A DNA stretch of 64,000 bases from Thermomicrobiales bacterium. Lineage in GTDB: Bacteria > Chloroflexota > Chloroflexia > Thermomicrobiales > UBA6265. The position numbers and the translations under genes are program-made. The notes under the pieces were generated by a model, which saw nothing but the letters and a program-made list of their open reading frames with translations, made no database searches and was not told the origin of the DNA. Shown here piece by piece: positions 15,954-25,767 of the stretch (positions are counted from its first letter, which is position 1; every line of letters begins with the position of its first letter). The stretch lies in assembly GCA_036558305.1 (NCBI GenBank), contig DATBFX010000008.1, forward strand, positions 7,113 to 71,112, given 5' to 3'.

Positions 15954-16871
15954 TCAGGCCGGCGGGTCGAACCAGATCGGGTTGGTCCAGGCTTTGCGGG
16001 CCGCGTCGTCGCGCACGAGGACGCGGAGGTAGTCGTCTCGCCAATTGCGCAGATCGAACTCCGCTTCGGTTATGCCTTGCTCGCCGCGCATGGAATACCT
16101 GGCGGGACCGCCGATGACAAAGATGCGGTTGGCGGGAGAGCAACTGACCCAGAGGCGTTCGCCGGGGACGACGACGAGGTCGTGGATGGCGGGACCGGTG
16201 CTGGAGTAGAAGTCGCCCTGCTTGAGCGCGGCCAGGATCGCCTCGGGCGTCAACTCCTCCGACTTGACCACGACCCAGCCGCCGAGGCGATCGCGCGTGT
16301 CGAGAACGAAATGGGCGTCGTCGGTGGCGAAGCCGAAAACGCGTTTGCCGCGGGCCAGCATGAGATCGAGCATGTAGACGCTTTCGGCGGCGTCGTTGTC
16401 GTCGGCGGCACTGGCGTTGTAGAGCTCAAGACCGTGGACCCCGTCGAGGGCCAACATGTCACCCTCGGTCATGCCGAACCAGTTGGGATGGGCGGCGATG
16501 ACGAGGGCGCCGGTGTCGAGGGCACGACGAGCCAGTTCGGGCCCAGTTTCTTCCTCCTTCGGCGGGGCAAAGTCGGGCGGCAGACCGACGCCGACGAGGT
16601 GCCAGCCGTTGCCGAGTTCCATCGCATCGTCGGGGGGATGGAGTTCGGCGCCGAGGATGGTGGTGAAGGCGGCGGAGCGGTAAGGGGTGGTGTCGGTGAT
16701 CGGCCACTCGTACTCGGGCAGGAAGTGGTCGGTGAGGGCGAGAAAGTCGTAGCCCGCCGCCTCGTAGTAACGGCAGACCTCCTCCGGCGAACGGCGACCG
16801 TCCGACCGCGTCGAGTGGGTGTGGAGGTTACCGCGCCAGAAGCGGCCGGGTTTCGAGAAGGGCGTCTCCAT
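15954..16871 (-). CDS. PHP-domain / CehA-McbA family metallohydrolase
   Basis: GNLHTHSTRSDG and LALTDH motifs. Alternative start at 16919. Confidence 0.75.
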   Translation of the reverse strand: METPFSKPGRFWRGNLHTHSTRSDGRRSPEEVCRYYEAAGYDFLALTDHFLPEYEWPITDTTPYRSAAFTTILGAELHPPDDAMELGNGWHLVGVGLPPDFAPPKEEETGPELARRALDTGALVIAAHPNWFGMTEGDMLALDGVHGLELYNASAADDNDAAESVYMLDLMLARGKRVFGFATDDAHFVLDTRDRLGGWVVVKSEELTPEAILAALKQGDFYSSTGPAIHDLVVVPGERLWVSCSPANRIFVIGGPARYSMRGEQGITEAEFDLRNWRDDYLRVLVRDDAARKAWTNPIWFDPPA

Positions 16872-16997
16872 CGTCTCCTCACATGGGCGCACACGCACGG
16901 CGAGACCGGCGTAAGCCATAATCGGCGGGGCGGATGACGTCGTTCTGCGGAGCTTACGGCAAGGCCGGACGGTGCGCTATGGGGGGGGGCCGACACC

Positions 16998-17927
16998 TCA
17001 AAGCACCGACTTCAGGAATGCAACGGTGCGTTCGACGCCGGCGATGCCCGGCAGATAGGGGTCTTCGTTTTCGATGCTGGCGACATCGTCGTAGCCGACG
17101 TCATTCAGGGCGACGAAGAACTCACGCCACCAGCGGGCGTCGTGGCCGTAGCCGGGCGTGCAGAAGTACCAGGGACGGTCCCGGAAATCGATGTCGGGCC
17201 GGCTGTCGATGACGCCGGCGAGCGCCTGGTTGTGCCGGTGCCGCGCGACGTCCTTGATGTGGACATGGAAGACCGCTGGGCCGAGCGCCCGGATGCAGGC
17301 CGGAATGTCCATGCCCTGCCACATCAAGTGGCTCGGATCGAAGTTCGCCCCGATCGCGTCGCCGACCGCCAGGCGCAGGCGGAGGAGCGTCGGCACGTTG
17401 TGGATGAGGTTGACGGCGTGCAATTCGAGGCAGATTTTGGTCACGCCCTGCGTCGCGCCGTAGGCGGCCAGGTCGGTCCAGAGCGCGATCGCCTCGTCCC
17501 ACTGCCGGCGGACGGTGTCGAGCAACTCCGGCGGCCAGTTGTAGGTGATCCAGTTGGGGCCGCCCGCCCCTGCCACGTCTCCCGGCGTTCCCGACTGCGC
17601 GACGATCCGCTCGACGCCGAGGAGACCGGCGAGCCGCATGGTCTTCTTCGTGAGCTCGGCCTGGGCGGCGCCGATCCGTGGATGGAGGAGATAGGCGCTG
17701 ATGTTGAGGGCGGTGAGGCGGAGTCCGTGGCCGTCGAGTTTCTGTTGCAGTTCCCGACGGGCGCCGGCATCGGCGAGTAGTTGGTCGACGTCGAGGAAGG
17801 GATGGGAGCACTGCCCGCCGGTTGAAAGCTCGATCCTCGTGATGCCGAGGGACGAAGCACGGCGCAGCGTCTCGTCCAGGTCTCCCAGCCCCGCCGATTC
17901 GGCGAACAGCCCGATCTCCATCAACAA
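16998..17927 (-). CDS. Sugar phosphate isomerase/epimerase (xylose isomerase-like TIM barrel)
   Basis: 309 aa with the typical AP-endonuclease-2/TIM pattern (ICLELHAVNLI, HVHIKD). Confidence 0.8.
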   Translation of the reverse strand: MLMEIGLFAESAGLGDLDETLRRASSLGITRIELSTGGQCSHPFLDVDQLLADAGARRELQQKLDGHGLRLTALNISAYLLHPRIGAAQAELTKKTMRLAGLLGVERIVAQSGTPGDVAGAGGPNWITYNWPPELLDTVRRQWDEAIALWTDLAAYGATQGVTKICLELHAVNLIHNVPTLLRLRLAVGDAIGANFDPSHLMWQGMDIPACIRALGPAVFHVHIKDVARHRHNQALAGVIDSRPDIDFRDRPWYFCTPGYGHDARWWREFFVALNDVGYDDVASIENEDPYLPGIAGVERTVAFLKSVL

Positions 17928-18089
17928 TCCCTCCCGAGCGTGTCCGGTGCCGGTTGTTACGGCGCAGAAATCGCGGCACGCTACCAGCGGCCTTTTGCCT
18001 CGTCAAGACCGCTTGTCCCGTGGAAACCGGCATCCTATGATGCGGCACTCGCACGCGACATGCGCCGGATTCGCCATTGGAGGGGGGAA

Positions 18090-19304
18090 ATGAGCGATAC
18101 CGTGGACGGCAAGATTGCCGGGCAAGAAGCGGCCGCGTCTCGACTCAGGGACGAGTTTGCCGAGTTGCGGATCGTCGACGTTCAGGCGCTAACCTTTCGC
18201 TACCCATCGCGGGTCGGGGTCGACGAAGAAGGCCACGCCCATCCGGCGCCCGAGCACGAGGCGCTCAAGACGGTGACCAGGGTCCGCACGAGCGCCGGCG
18301 TCGACGGCTATTGCTTCGGCGGCTCGGCCGAGACGGCCGCGGTGGCCACCCGCCTGATCCGCGGCATGAATCCCCTCGACCGCGAGGCGATCTGGTACCG
18401 GCTCTTGCGGGTGCAGCGCCTCGAACGGCGCACCCTCGCCGACCACAACCTGGCCGCGGTCGACGGCGCGCTCTGGGACTTCGCCGGTCGACTCGTCGGG
18501 TTGCCGGTCCACATGCTCCTCGGCGGTGCCCGCGATCGGGTCCCGGCCTATGCCAGCACGATGTGCGGCGACGACATCCCCGGTGGGCTCGATTCGCCCG
18601 CGGCCTACGCGGACTTCGCCCAGGCCTGCAAGGAGCGCGGCTACACGGCCTTTAAGATGCACGGCTGGATGCCGCCGTACGGGGCAGATGTGGCGCGCGA
18701 TATCGCTGCCTGCCGGGCGGTGCGCGAACGCGTCGGCCCGGAGATGCGGTTGATGCTCGACGCCCACCACGACTACTCGCGGCAGGAAGCGCTGACCCTT
18801 GGCCGCGCCCTCGAGGAGCTCGGGTTCTACTGGTTCGAGGAGCCGATGAACGAGCACAGCACCTCGTCCTACGTCTGGTTGACCGAGCAACTCGACATCC
18901 CGATCGTCGGACCCGAGACGGCGGCGGGGCAGATGTTCACGCGGGCGGAGTGGATCGTGCGAGGTGCCGCCGATATCTCGCGCGTCGGCGTCTTCGACCT
19001 CGGAGGGATCACGCCGGCGATGAAGGCGGTCCACCTCTGCCAGGCTTTCGGCGTCCGCGCCGAGGTCCACGGTACGGGCGCGGCCAACCTCCATGTCCTC
19101 GGAGCAATGGCGACCCTGGGCGAATACTACGAGCGGGGGCTGCTCCACCCGCACCTCGACTACGAGGCGCAGACACCCTGGCTCGCCGAACCGATCGACC
19201 CGCTCGTCGCCGACGGTTGCGTCCCGATCCCGCGTCGCCCCGGTCTGGGCGAAGCGATCGACTGGGATTTCATTCGGGACCATGCGGTCACGCCTTGGCA
19301 GTGA
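18090..19304 (+). CDS. Enolase-superfamily enzyme (mandelate racemase/muconate lactonizing family, probable sugar-acid dehydratase)
   Basis: ATG at 18090. Motifs GYTAFKMHGW, LMLDAHHDY, FYWFEEP and the acidic metal ligands are typical of MR/MLE. Confidence 0.8.
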   Translation: MSDTVDGKIAGQEAAASRLRDEFAELRIVDVQALTFRYPSRVGVDEEGHAHPAPEHEALKTVTRVRTSAGVDGYCFGGSAETAAVATRLIRGMNPLDREAIWYRLLRVQRLERRTLADHNLAAVDGALWDFAGRLVGLPVHMLLGGARDRVPAYASTMCGDDIPGGLDSPAAYADFAQACKERGYTAFKMHGWMPPYGADVARDIAACRAVRERVGPEMRLMLDAHHDYSRQEALTLGRALEELGFYWFEEPMNEHSTSSYVWLTEQLDIPIVGPETAAGQMFTRAEWIVRGAADISRVGVFDLGGITPAMKAVHLCQAFGVRAEVHGTGAANLHVLGAMATLGEYYERGLLHPHLDYEAQTPWLAEPIDPLVADGCVPIPRRPGLGEAIDWDFIRDHAVTPWQ

Positions 19305-19378
19305 TGGGTCAAGTGCAGGTCACGGTGCCCTGTCGGCCAGAAGGGCGAGTTGCAAGAGAAATGGCCCTCGCGACTGTT

Positions 19379-19467
19379 GTAGGGGCGGACCGCCGTGTCC
19401 GCCCTGCCACGAATGCGCTCACCGAGGAGGGCGGACAGCGCCCAGAGGGCACCCGGTCCGCCCCTAC
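19379..19467. repeat. 89-bp palindromic intergenic repeat, copy 1 (GTAGGGGCGGACC...GGTCCGCCCCTAC)
   Basis: 13-bp perfect terminal inverted repeat plus the inner pair GTCCGCCCT/AGGGCGGAC. Nearly identical copies lie at 36665-36752 and, inverted, at 58372-58460. Confidence 0.85.
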
Positions 19468-19482
19468 GCACGTCGTTGCACA

Positions 19483-20568
19483 TCAGACCGGATCGCGGGG
19501 GATGAGTACCACCCGGCTCAGGGCGCACGAAACGGTCTGGCCGGAGCGGTCGAGGAGTTCGAGGCGGCGGCTGCCGCCGACGTTGATGCGGAGCGGATGA
19601 CCGTCGAGGCGACCCTCGACGGAGACGGTGCCGGCGGTCAGGGTCGACCGGACGACCTCGACCGAGACGCGATTGGGCGCCGGGTCGGCGTGGTCGGCGA
19701 TGAGGTCGATGTCGTCGGCGTCGATGCAGGCCCAGACGGCCTGACCGGGACGCAGGAGCCCGCTCGACGACTCGGCCAGCAGCCGTGTCGAGCCGCCCTC
19801 GAGGCAGACCGCGATCGGGTCGACGGGGCGGTCGACGAAGGCGGGCAGCACCGTCTTCGTGCCGACGAAGGTCGCGGCGAAGAGGCTTGCCGGCCGGCGA
19901 AACACCTCGATCGGATCCCCTTGCTGGACCACGTCGCCCTCGTTCATCAGGACGAGGTCGGTGGCGGCCGACAGGGCCTCCGACTGGTCGTGCGTGACGA
20001 GGAGCGTCGTGCAGCCGGTGGCACGTTGGATGTCGGTGATCTCGGCGAGGAGTTCGAGGCGGAGTTTGGCGTCGAGTGCGCTCAGCGGTTCATCGAGTAA
20101 CAGCAAATCCGGTCGGGGCGCCAGGGCGCGCGCGATGACCACGCGTTGCGCCTGACCGCCGGAGAGTTGGTTGTACCGCCGCTGCTCCATCCCTTCGAGG
20201 CGGACCAGCCGCAGGATTTCCCGGATGCGCTCATCGATCGCGGCGGACTTCGACCAGCCACGCAGTTTCAGACCCCAGGCGATGTTCTGGTGCACCGTCA
20301 TGTGGGGAAACATCGAGGGCCGCTGGAACACCATGCCGAGATTGCGTCGGAACGGCTGGAGACGCGTCACGTCCCGGTCGCCGATGAAGACCCGGCCGCC
20401 GTCCGGGGTCAGCAAACCCGCGATGCAACGCAACAGCGTCGTCTTGCCGCAGCCGGAAGGCCCGAGGATCGCCGTCAGCGATCCGTCGGCGATCGTGAGG
20501 TCGACCCGCTTCAGGGCGGTGACGGCCGCGTACCGCTTTTCGAGTTCGCGGACCTGGACCGTTGCCAT
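19483..20568 (-). CDS. ABC importer ATP-binding protein (PotA/MalK/FbpC-like)
   Basis: Walker A GPSGCGKTT, signature LSGGQAQR and Walker B LLLLDEP, with a C-terminal regulatory/TOBE-like domain. Start at MATVQV (ATG 20568). Confidence 0.9.
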   Translation of the reverse strand: MATVQVRELEKRYAAVTALKRVDLTIADGSLTAILGPSGCGKTTLLRCIAGLLTPDGGRVFIGDRDVTRLQPFRRNLGMVFQRPSMFPHMTVHQNIAWGLKLRGWSKSAAIDERIREILRLVRLEGMEQRRYNQLSGGQAQRVVIARALAPRPDLLLLDEPLSALDAKLRLELLAEITDIQRATGCTTLLVTHDQSEALSAATDLVLMNEGDVVQQGDPIEVFRRPASLFAATFVGTKTVLPAFVDRPVDPIAVCLEGGSTRLLAESSSGLLRPGQAVWACIDADDIDLIADHADPAPNRVSVEVVRSTLTAGTVSVEGRLDGHPLRINVGGSRRLELLDRSGQTVSCALSRVVLIPRDPV

Positions 20569-20583
20569 TGTCGCAATCCCAAC

Positions 20584-20680
20584 CCGGTAGCCGGTAGCCG
20601 ATAGAAGAGACGGACAGTCGGGCAGACGGACAGACGGACGACGGATCACTCAGTCCTCGCTATCGGCTACCGGCTACCGG
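20584..20680. repeat. Heptamer-stem hairpin element: 21-bp perfect inverted repeat (CCGGTAG CCGGTAG CCGATAG) around a 55-nt loop with degenerate ACGGACAG repeats
   Basis: Left arm 20584-20604 and right arm 20660-20680 are exact reverse complements. The element fills the gap between the permease stop (20682) and the ATPase start (20568) inside one operon. Confidence 0.85.
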
Positions 20681-20681
20681 C

Positions 20682-21479
20682 TCACACGAAGAGACCGCGG
20701 AATTGGCGGCGGAACACCCAGTAAAGGATCTGGACGATGGTGATGACGACCACTTCGATCGAGAGGACCATGACCGCCACGCCGGGGGTGAAGCCGACCT
20801 TGTCGATCTCCCGGTAGATGAAGAGCGCCGCCGTCGGTTGCTTGGAACCGAGGATGAAGGCCGGGGTGAACGACATCGCGGCAGCGGTGAAGGCGATCAT
20901 CGCCGCCGTGACCAGACCGGGACCGATCAGCGGCAGCGTGATGCGGAAGAAGGCGTGGAGGGGCGAAGCGCCCATCACCAGCGCCGCCTCCTCGTAGACC
21001 GGGTCGGCCGTCGCCAGCGACGCCTGCAGTGCGCGAACGACGAGGGGCACCGCGGCCATCGAGGTTCCGAGCAAGACGATCGGGAAAGTGCCGCGCCAGT
21101 GCGGAAAGTAGATGATGACGAAGATACCGATGGCCAGGACGTAGGTGACCACCGGGAATATGGTCGGCACGAAAATCACCACGGAGAGGAGACTGCGACC
21201 CTTGAACCGCCGGCGCTCGATGGCGTAGGCGGCCGGCAGGCAGACGACGAGGAGGATGGCCGTGGTGCAGGCGCCGAGGAGGAGACTGAAGCGGATCGCC
21301 AAAAAGTAGCTCGGCCAGATGACCGAATGGAAACCGATCAGGTTGAAATGGTGCGGAGGGAAAACGATGTCGGTGGTGAAGGAACCCAGCGCGACCTGGA
21401 TCACCGGCCAGATCAGCAGCATCCCCAACAGCAGCGCGACGCCGTTGAGGCCGATCATCGTCCCGCGGGAGAGTTTCAC
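20682..21479 (-). CDS. ABC importer permease (binding-protein-dependent inner-membrane component)
   Basis: 265 aa with 6 TM segments and an EAA-like loop (YEEAALVMGASPLHAFFRITLP). Confidence 0.85.
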   Translation of the reverse strand: MKLSRGTMIGLNGVALLLGMLLIWPVIQVALGSFTTDIVFPPHHFNLIGFHSVIWPSYFLAIRFSLLLGACTTAILLVVCLPAAYAIERRRFKGRSLLSVVIFVPTIFPVVTYVLAIGIFVIIYFPHWRGTFPIVLLGTSMAAVPLVVRALQASLATADPVYEEAALVMGASPLHAFFRITLPLIGPGLVTAAMIAFTAAAMSFTPAFILGSKQPTAALFIYREIDKVGFTPGVAVMVLSIEVVVITIVQILYWVFRRQFRGLFV

Positions 21480-21482
21480 GGC

Positions 21483-22460
21483 TCAGTTCTCCTGGGTCCG
21501 CAGGTAGACGTACATCAAGAGCGCACTGATCCCGGTCAGGACAACGCCGAGCGCCGAAGCCATCGGGTAATTGAAGAACGGTTTGACCTCGCGCTGGATT
21601 TTGGTCACCAGCCAGTCGTTGCTGGGGCCGACGAGGATCAGCGGTACCGTGTACGCGCCGACTGCCGCCGAGACGTTGAGTAACAGCGCGCCCATGATGC
21701 CGCGTTTCGCCAGCGGCACGGTGACCCGGCAGAAGGTCCGCAAGCCGGTGGCGCCCATCGTTTGCGCCGCTTCCTCGTAGACGACGTCGACCCCGGCGAT
21801 GGCGCCGCGGATCAGCAGCACCGAGAGGGTCGGGACCGACATGAAGACGAGTGCCGCGATCGGCGTCCGCGTCAGTTGCAGGGGATGGTCGACGATGTGG
21901 AGACCGGTCAGGAGCCAGTTAACCGGGCCCTGGGGTGTCAGCGCATAGGCGATGGCGTAGAGCGTGAAGACCTCGCCGAAAATCGGCAGGAGGAACGAGA
22001 GTTCGATGAAGGGCCGGCCGAAGGCGTTGTAGCGCGCCAGGTAGTAGGCGATCGGCAGCGCCAGGGTGATCGAGACCGCCGAGGTCAGGAGGGCGACGCC
22101 GACCGTCCAGGCCAGACTGTGGAGGTATTCGGTCTCGGTGAAGACGCGACGAAAGTTGAGGAAGGTGAAGTCGCGCTGGGTGAGCCAGACGACGCCCTTG
22201 TAGAGCCGGCGGGAGTAGAAGGCGAAGGCGAGCTGGTACGCCACCGGGACGGCGAAGACGAGGCCCATGTAGACGAGGAGGGGCAGCAAGAGGAGCAGCG
22301 TCGGCCCGTGCGCCCGGCGCCAATCGTCCACCCGCGCGGCCAGACCGATCGGCCGGGGGAGCGCGCGCTCCCCCGGCGGGGTCAACTCAAGTTCGGTGGG
22401 CGAGAGTCCGCTAGCCACCTTTAACGATCCGCGTGTACGCCCGCGAGATCGCCTCGGCAT
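21483..22460 (-). CDS. ABC importer permease
   Basis: EAA-like loop YEEAAQTMGATGLRTFCRVTVP. The start is uncertain (22460, or GTG at 22418 overlapping the SBP stop). Confidence 0.8.
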   Translation of the reverse strand: MPRRSRGRTRGSLKVASGLSPTELELTPPGERALPRPIGLAARVDDWRRAHGPTLLLLLPLLVYMGLVFAVPVAYQLAFAFYSRRLYKGVVWLTQRDFTFLNFRRVFTETEYLHSLAWTVGVALLTSAVSITLALPIAYYLARYNAFGRPFIELSFLLPIFGEVFTLYAIAYALTPQGPVNWLLTGLHIVDHPLQLTRTPIAALVFMSVPTLSVLLIRGAIAGVDVVYEEAAQTMGATGLRTFCRVTVPLAKRGIMGALLLNVSAAVGAYTVPLILVGPSNDWLVTKIQREVKPFFNYPMASALGVVLTGISALLMYVYLRTQEN

Positions 22461-23740
22461 TCGGGGTGTACCAGCCCCAGTTGACGGTCAGGAGGTAGTC
22501 GCTAGGATTCTGGAGGTAGTAGGGCTTGGCCCAGTCCGGCGCCAGGTCGCGGTGTTTCTGGGCGACGCCACCGCAGTAGACGAGGAGGTACTTGTCCTCG
22601 GGGACGTTCCAGCGGTTGACCGCCTCCGAGGTCGGCGTGTCCTTGTACCACCCGACGTGCTGGAACTCGGTGTCGATGAACCAGTTGATCAGGATGCGGG
22701 CGGCCACCGGGTGGGCGGCGCCGGCCACCGGCGTCAGCGTTTCCCGGTCGGCGACGATCCCGGAGACCGGGTAGAAGGGAGCGAGGAGGTCGTCGCGCTT
22801 GTTCCAGTCGATCGCCAGGAGCTCGCGGGTGTAGGTGCCCCAGGTCCCGCCCCACCAGGCGTCGCCCGACTGCAACGCCAGGCGCATCGTCGGGTCGTTG
22901 CCGATGTCGCCGTATTTGTAAATCTGCCCTTCGATGTTGTCTTTCCACCATTGGAGACCGGCTTCCCACGTTTCGATTTTCCACAGGTCGTCTGGGAGGT
23001 TGCCGGGGACGAGGCCCTGCTTGACGAGCGAATTGAGCAGACCGAGGAAGACGAAGTGGCCGCGGGAGTCGTTGTCGAGGGAGTAGACGATCCCCTTCTT
23101 GGCCATCTCCGGGCGTGCCAGGTCGGTCCAGTCCTTGTAGGCGCTGGCGTCGACCTTGTCTTTGCGGAGCAACGCCTGGAGCCACTCGTAGCCCTGGTAG
23201 ACGACGCCGTAGAGTCCAGGGCCGTTGCTGTCGGTTTCGCCCTGGAACTTGTAGGCGTCTTCGACGTCGGCAAGATTGGTGAGCAGGGGTTGGTACTGCT
23301 CCTGGTCGACCGGCTCGCCCCAGTCCAGTGCCAGGATCTGGGCGAAGGTCTCCTCCTCCTTGTCGATGACGTCGAGGCCGAGTTCGCGGATGTGCCGCCC
23401 CGCCAGGGGCAATTCCTGGATGTACTGGTTGATGTCACCCTGGTCGTAGGTCAGCTTCACCGGCACGCCGTAGAGGTTCTTGGTGTGCTCGGCGAATTTG
23501 TCGACGAAGACCGTTTCGCGCAGACCGGAGAAACCCCAGGTGTGGATGTTGAGCGTGGCGCCCTCTTTCGTGAGCGCCTCCCCGACCTTGGCCGGATCGC
23601 TGAGGTCGGGGTCGCCTGTTTGGCGGACAACCGCCGGCGCGGCGAAAGCCGACCGCTTCGAACCGGCGACGATGGCGGCCGCGCCAACACCGCCGGCAAC
23701 CCGAAGAACGTCCCTGCGGGAAAACGTGCCGTCGCCCATG
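22411..23740 (-). CDS. ABC importer substrate-binding protein with a Tat-type signal peptide
   Basis: ATG at 23740 follows AAGGAG. The N-terminus SRRDVLRVAGGVGAAAIVAGS is Tat-like. The rest of the long 924-aa ORF upstream is Arg/Pro-rich noise. Confidence 0.8.
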
Positions 23741-23978
23741 CTGCCCTCCTTGTGTGGATTGCGGATGACGCTCGACTCGCTGGAACAGGATCTCGGTTTG
23801 ATTATTCTAGCGAGTTCGGCGGTGCCGTCAATGAAGGGAAATTGATTTCTGACGAGAAAGAATCGGCATCGTCGTGGCGTCGGTCTCGCGTGCTGAGGTT
23901 TGCCCAGGTATTTCCCCGCTCTGGGACCATCACAGACGCGACGGGGCCGCCAGGGAAACGATGTCGTGTGCGCGACCG

Positions 23979-24899
23979 CTACCGGGCAAAGGCGGAAAAC
24001 GGGTTCGTTCGCATCAACTGGTCGATGGTGGCGTCGTCCACGCCGGCGGCGCTCAGTTTGGGGAGAAAGACCTCGCTCAGGTAGGTGAAGGGGCGGGGGG
24101 TGCCGCCGCCGGGTTGGGCCGGGTCGTACCAGCCGCGATCCTGGCTGAGGAGCAATCGATCGCCGTACCCCGCGTCGAGGGCGCGTTGGACGAGCGCGAC
24201 GAAGGCGGCGTCGGTGCCGGGTTCGCCGATGCCGTCGTATTCGAGCCAGGCGCCGCGACCGGCCGCGGCGCGATGGAGGGCGAAATCGGGTTCGGCGTGG
24301 GCGTGGATCCAGACGAAGCGGGCGGTCGAGCCGCCGGCGGCCTCGATCACGTCGAGTTGAGCGAGGGCGCCCTTGCCGCGGATGGTGTGGCTGCCGACGG
24401 CGGCGCCGGTCGCAGCGCTCGCCGCGGCTGCCGCGCGCAAGACCTTGGTCTCGGCGGTCGTCAGTCCGTCGTCGCTCGCGCCGACCTTGACCCACCCGGC
24501 CTGGACGCCGGTGTCCGCGATCTCGCCGGTCAACTCGCGAACCATCCAGTCGCGCAGGAATGTTTCGTCGGCGGCGTGGACCCAGGGTGGTATCCACGGC
24601 TCTCGGTAGACGCCGGTGGGGGCGACGAGCGGAAAGTCGGCGGCAACGGAGACGGCGCGGAGGACGTCGGCGCGGCGGCCGACGCCGCCGGTGCTCGGCT
24701 CGACGATCGCGGCGACGCCGGCCCGGCGGGCGCGGTCGAGTTCGGGCGCCATCAGGGCGACGACGTCGGCGGCGTCCGCCTCGCCGTAACCGGGTTGGTC
24801 CCAGGTGCGGAGATCGACGAAGACGTGCTCGTGCGGCAGGATCGCACCCGAAAGGTCTTCCGGACGCCTGGGGCCGAGGGTCGTGATCAGGTGGGGCAC
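23979..24899 (-). CDS. Phosphotriesterase-family (PTE-like lactonase/amidohydrolase) protein
   Basis: The N-terminal ILPHEHVFVDL (HxH metal site) and overall length fit PF02126. Confidence 0.8.
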   Translation of the reverse strand: MPHLITTLGPRRPEDLSGAILPHEHVFVDLRTWDQPGYGEADAADVVALMAPELDRARRAGVAAIVEPSTGGVGRRADVLRAVSVAADFPLVAPTGVYREPWIPPWVHAADETFLRDWMVRELTGEIADTGVQAGWVKVGASDDGLTTAETKVLRAAAAASAATGAAVGSHTIRGKGALAQLDVIEAAGGSTARFVWIHAHAEPDFALHRAAAGRGAWLEYDGIGEPGTDAAFVALVQRALDAGYGDRLLLSQDRGWYDPAQPGGGTPRPFTYLSEVFLPKLSAAGVDDATIDQLMRTNPFSAFAR

Positions 24900-24923
24900 G
24901 CGGTTCGCCTCCTCCGGCCCGTC

Positions 24924-25544
24924 CTAGTCCGGTGATCGTTTTCCTTCTGTGATCGCCCCGTCGAAGTCTTTGGCGGCCCGTTCGGATGGCAAGCGCGGGC
25001 GCTCGAGGCGCCAGAGGTCGGGCGGCAGTGAGGCGTTGTAGGCGGCGATTTTGGCGTCGATCTCGCGTGCCCGCGCCAGGTATTGCCGTCGTGCCGCATC
25101 GCACTCGGCGTCGGGGGCGCGGCGGGGCAAGGCGCGTGGGGCAACTGCGGTTGGCGTACGCGAACGACCGAAGAGGGCGCGCCACCAGGAGCGAGACGGC
25201 GTGACGATCGGGTTCGCATCGGGGGGCTCTGGGGGCGTGGTAAGGCGATCGGCAGCTTGCTTGCGCAGGGTTGCCAGGTCGTCGAGGACGGCACGGATCT
25301 CCTTGTCGAGCTCGATCCAGGCCGGTGCGTAGCCGGCGCTCTTGAGGAGGCCGTGGCCGACGTCGACTTCGCCGGTGAGCGGATTGGCGTCGAACCGCAA
25401 CGGTTTGCCGCGGGCGGGGAGGTTGTCGAACTCGCCGCGCTCGCGGGCTTCGTCGATCGCCTTGTCGAGCCAGGAGTCCCAGTCCTGGAAGCGAAGCGGG
25501 CGCCGGCGCGCGAGATGGATGTCGTCGTGATCGTCTATCGTCAT
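24924..25544 (-). CDS. DUF1992 (DnaJC28-like) domain protein
   Basis: WLDKAIDEARERGEFDNLPARGKPL is the DUF1992 signature as I recall it. Confidence 0.6.
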   Translation of the reverse strand: MTIDDHDDIHLARRRPLRFQDWDSWLDKAIDEARERGEFDNLPARGKPLRFDANPLTGEVDVGHGLLKSAGYAPAWIELDKEIRAVLDDLATLRKQAADRLTTPPEPPDANPIVTPSRSWWRALFGRSRTPTAVAPRALPRRAPDAECDAARRQYLARAREIDAKIAAYNASLPPDLWRLERPRLPSERAAKDFDGAITEGKRSPD

Positions 25545-25767
25545 GGGCCGTTCACTCTTTTGGCGAGACGAGAGAAGCAGAATGAGCTCGGGTCGGATCG
25601 AGCCGGGTCAGTATGCGGGATTTCCCCGTGCGATGCCGGCTTCGCCGGTCCTTTCCGATGCCATATCAATGATTCTGTATTGGCATGTCGTCTGCATTAG
25701 CTGAGGCGGGTCACAACGGAGGAGCTATCAGCGTGGGGCTTCGACCGGTCAACGAAAGGGAAACGAC

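Noticed and set aside
22411-25185. A 924-aa ORF on the minus strand spanning the SBP gene and extending 1.4 kb upstream
   Set aside because: Upstream of the ATG at 23740 the translation is Arg/Pro/Gly-rich low-complexity sequence, typical of out-of-frame or antisense reading in high-GC DNA. It also overlaps the well-supported PTE-like gene (23979-24899). Only 22411-23740 (RBS, Tat signal, SBP fold) is credible.
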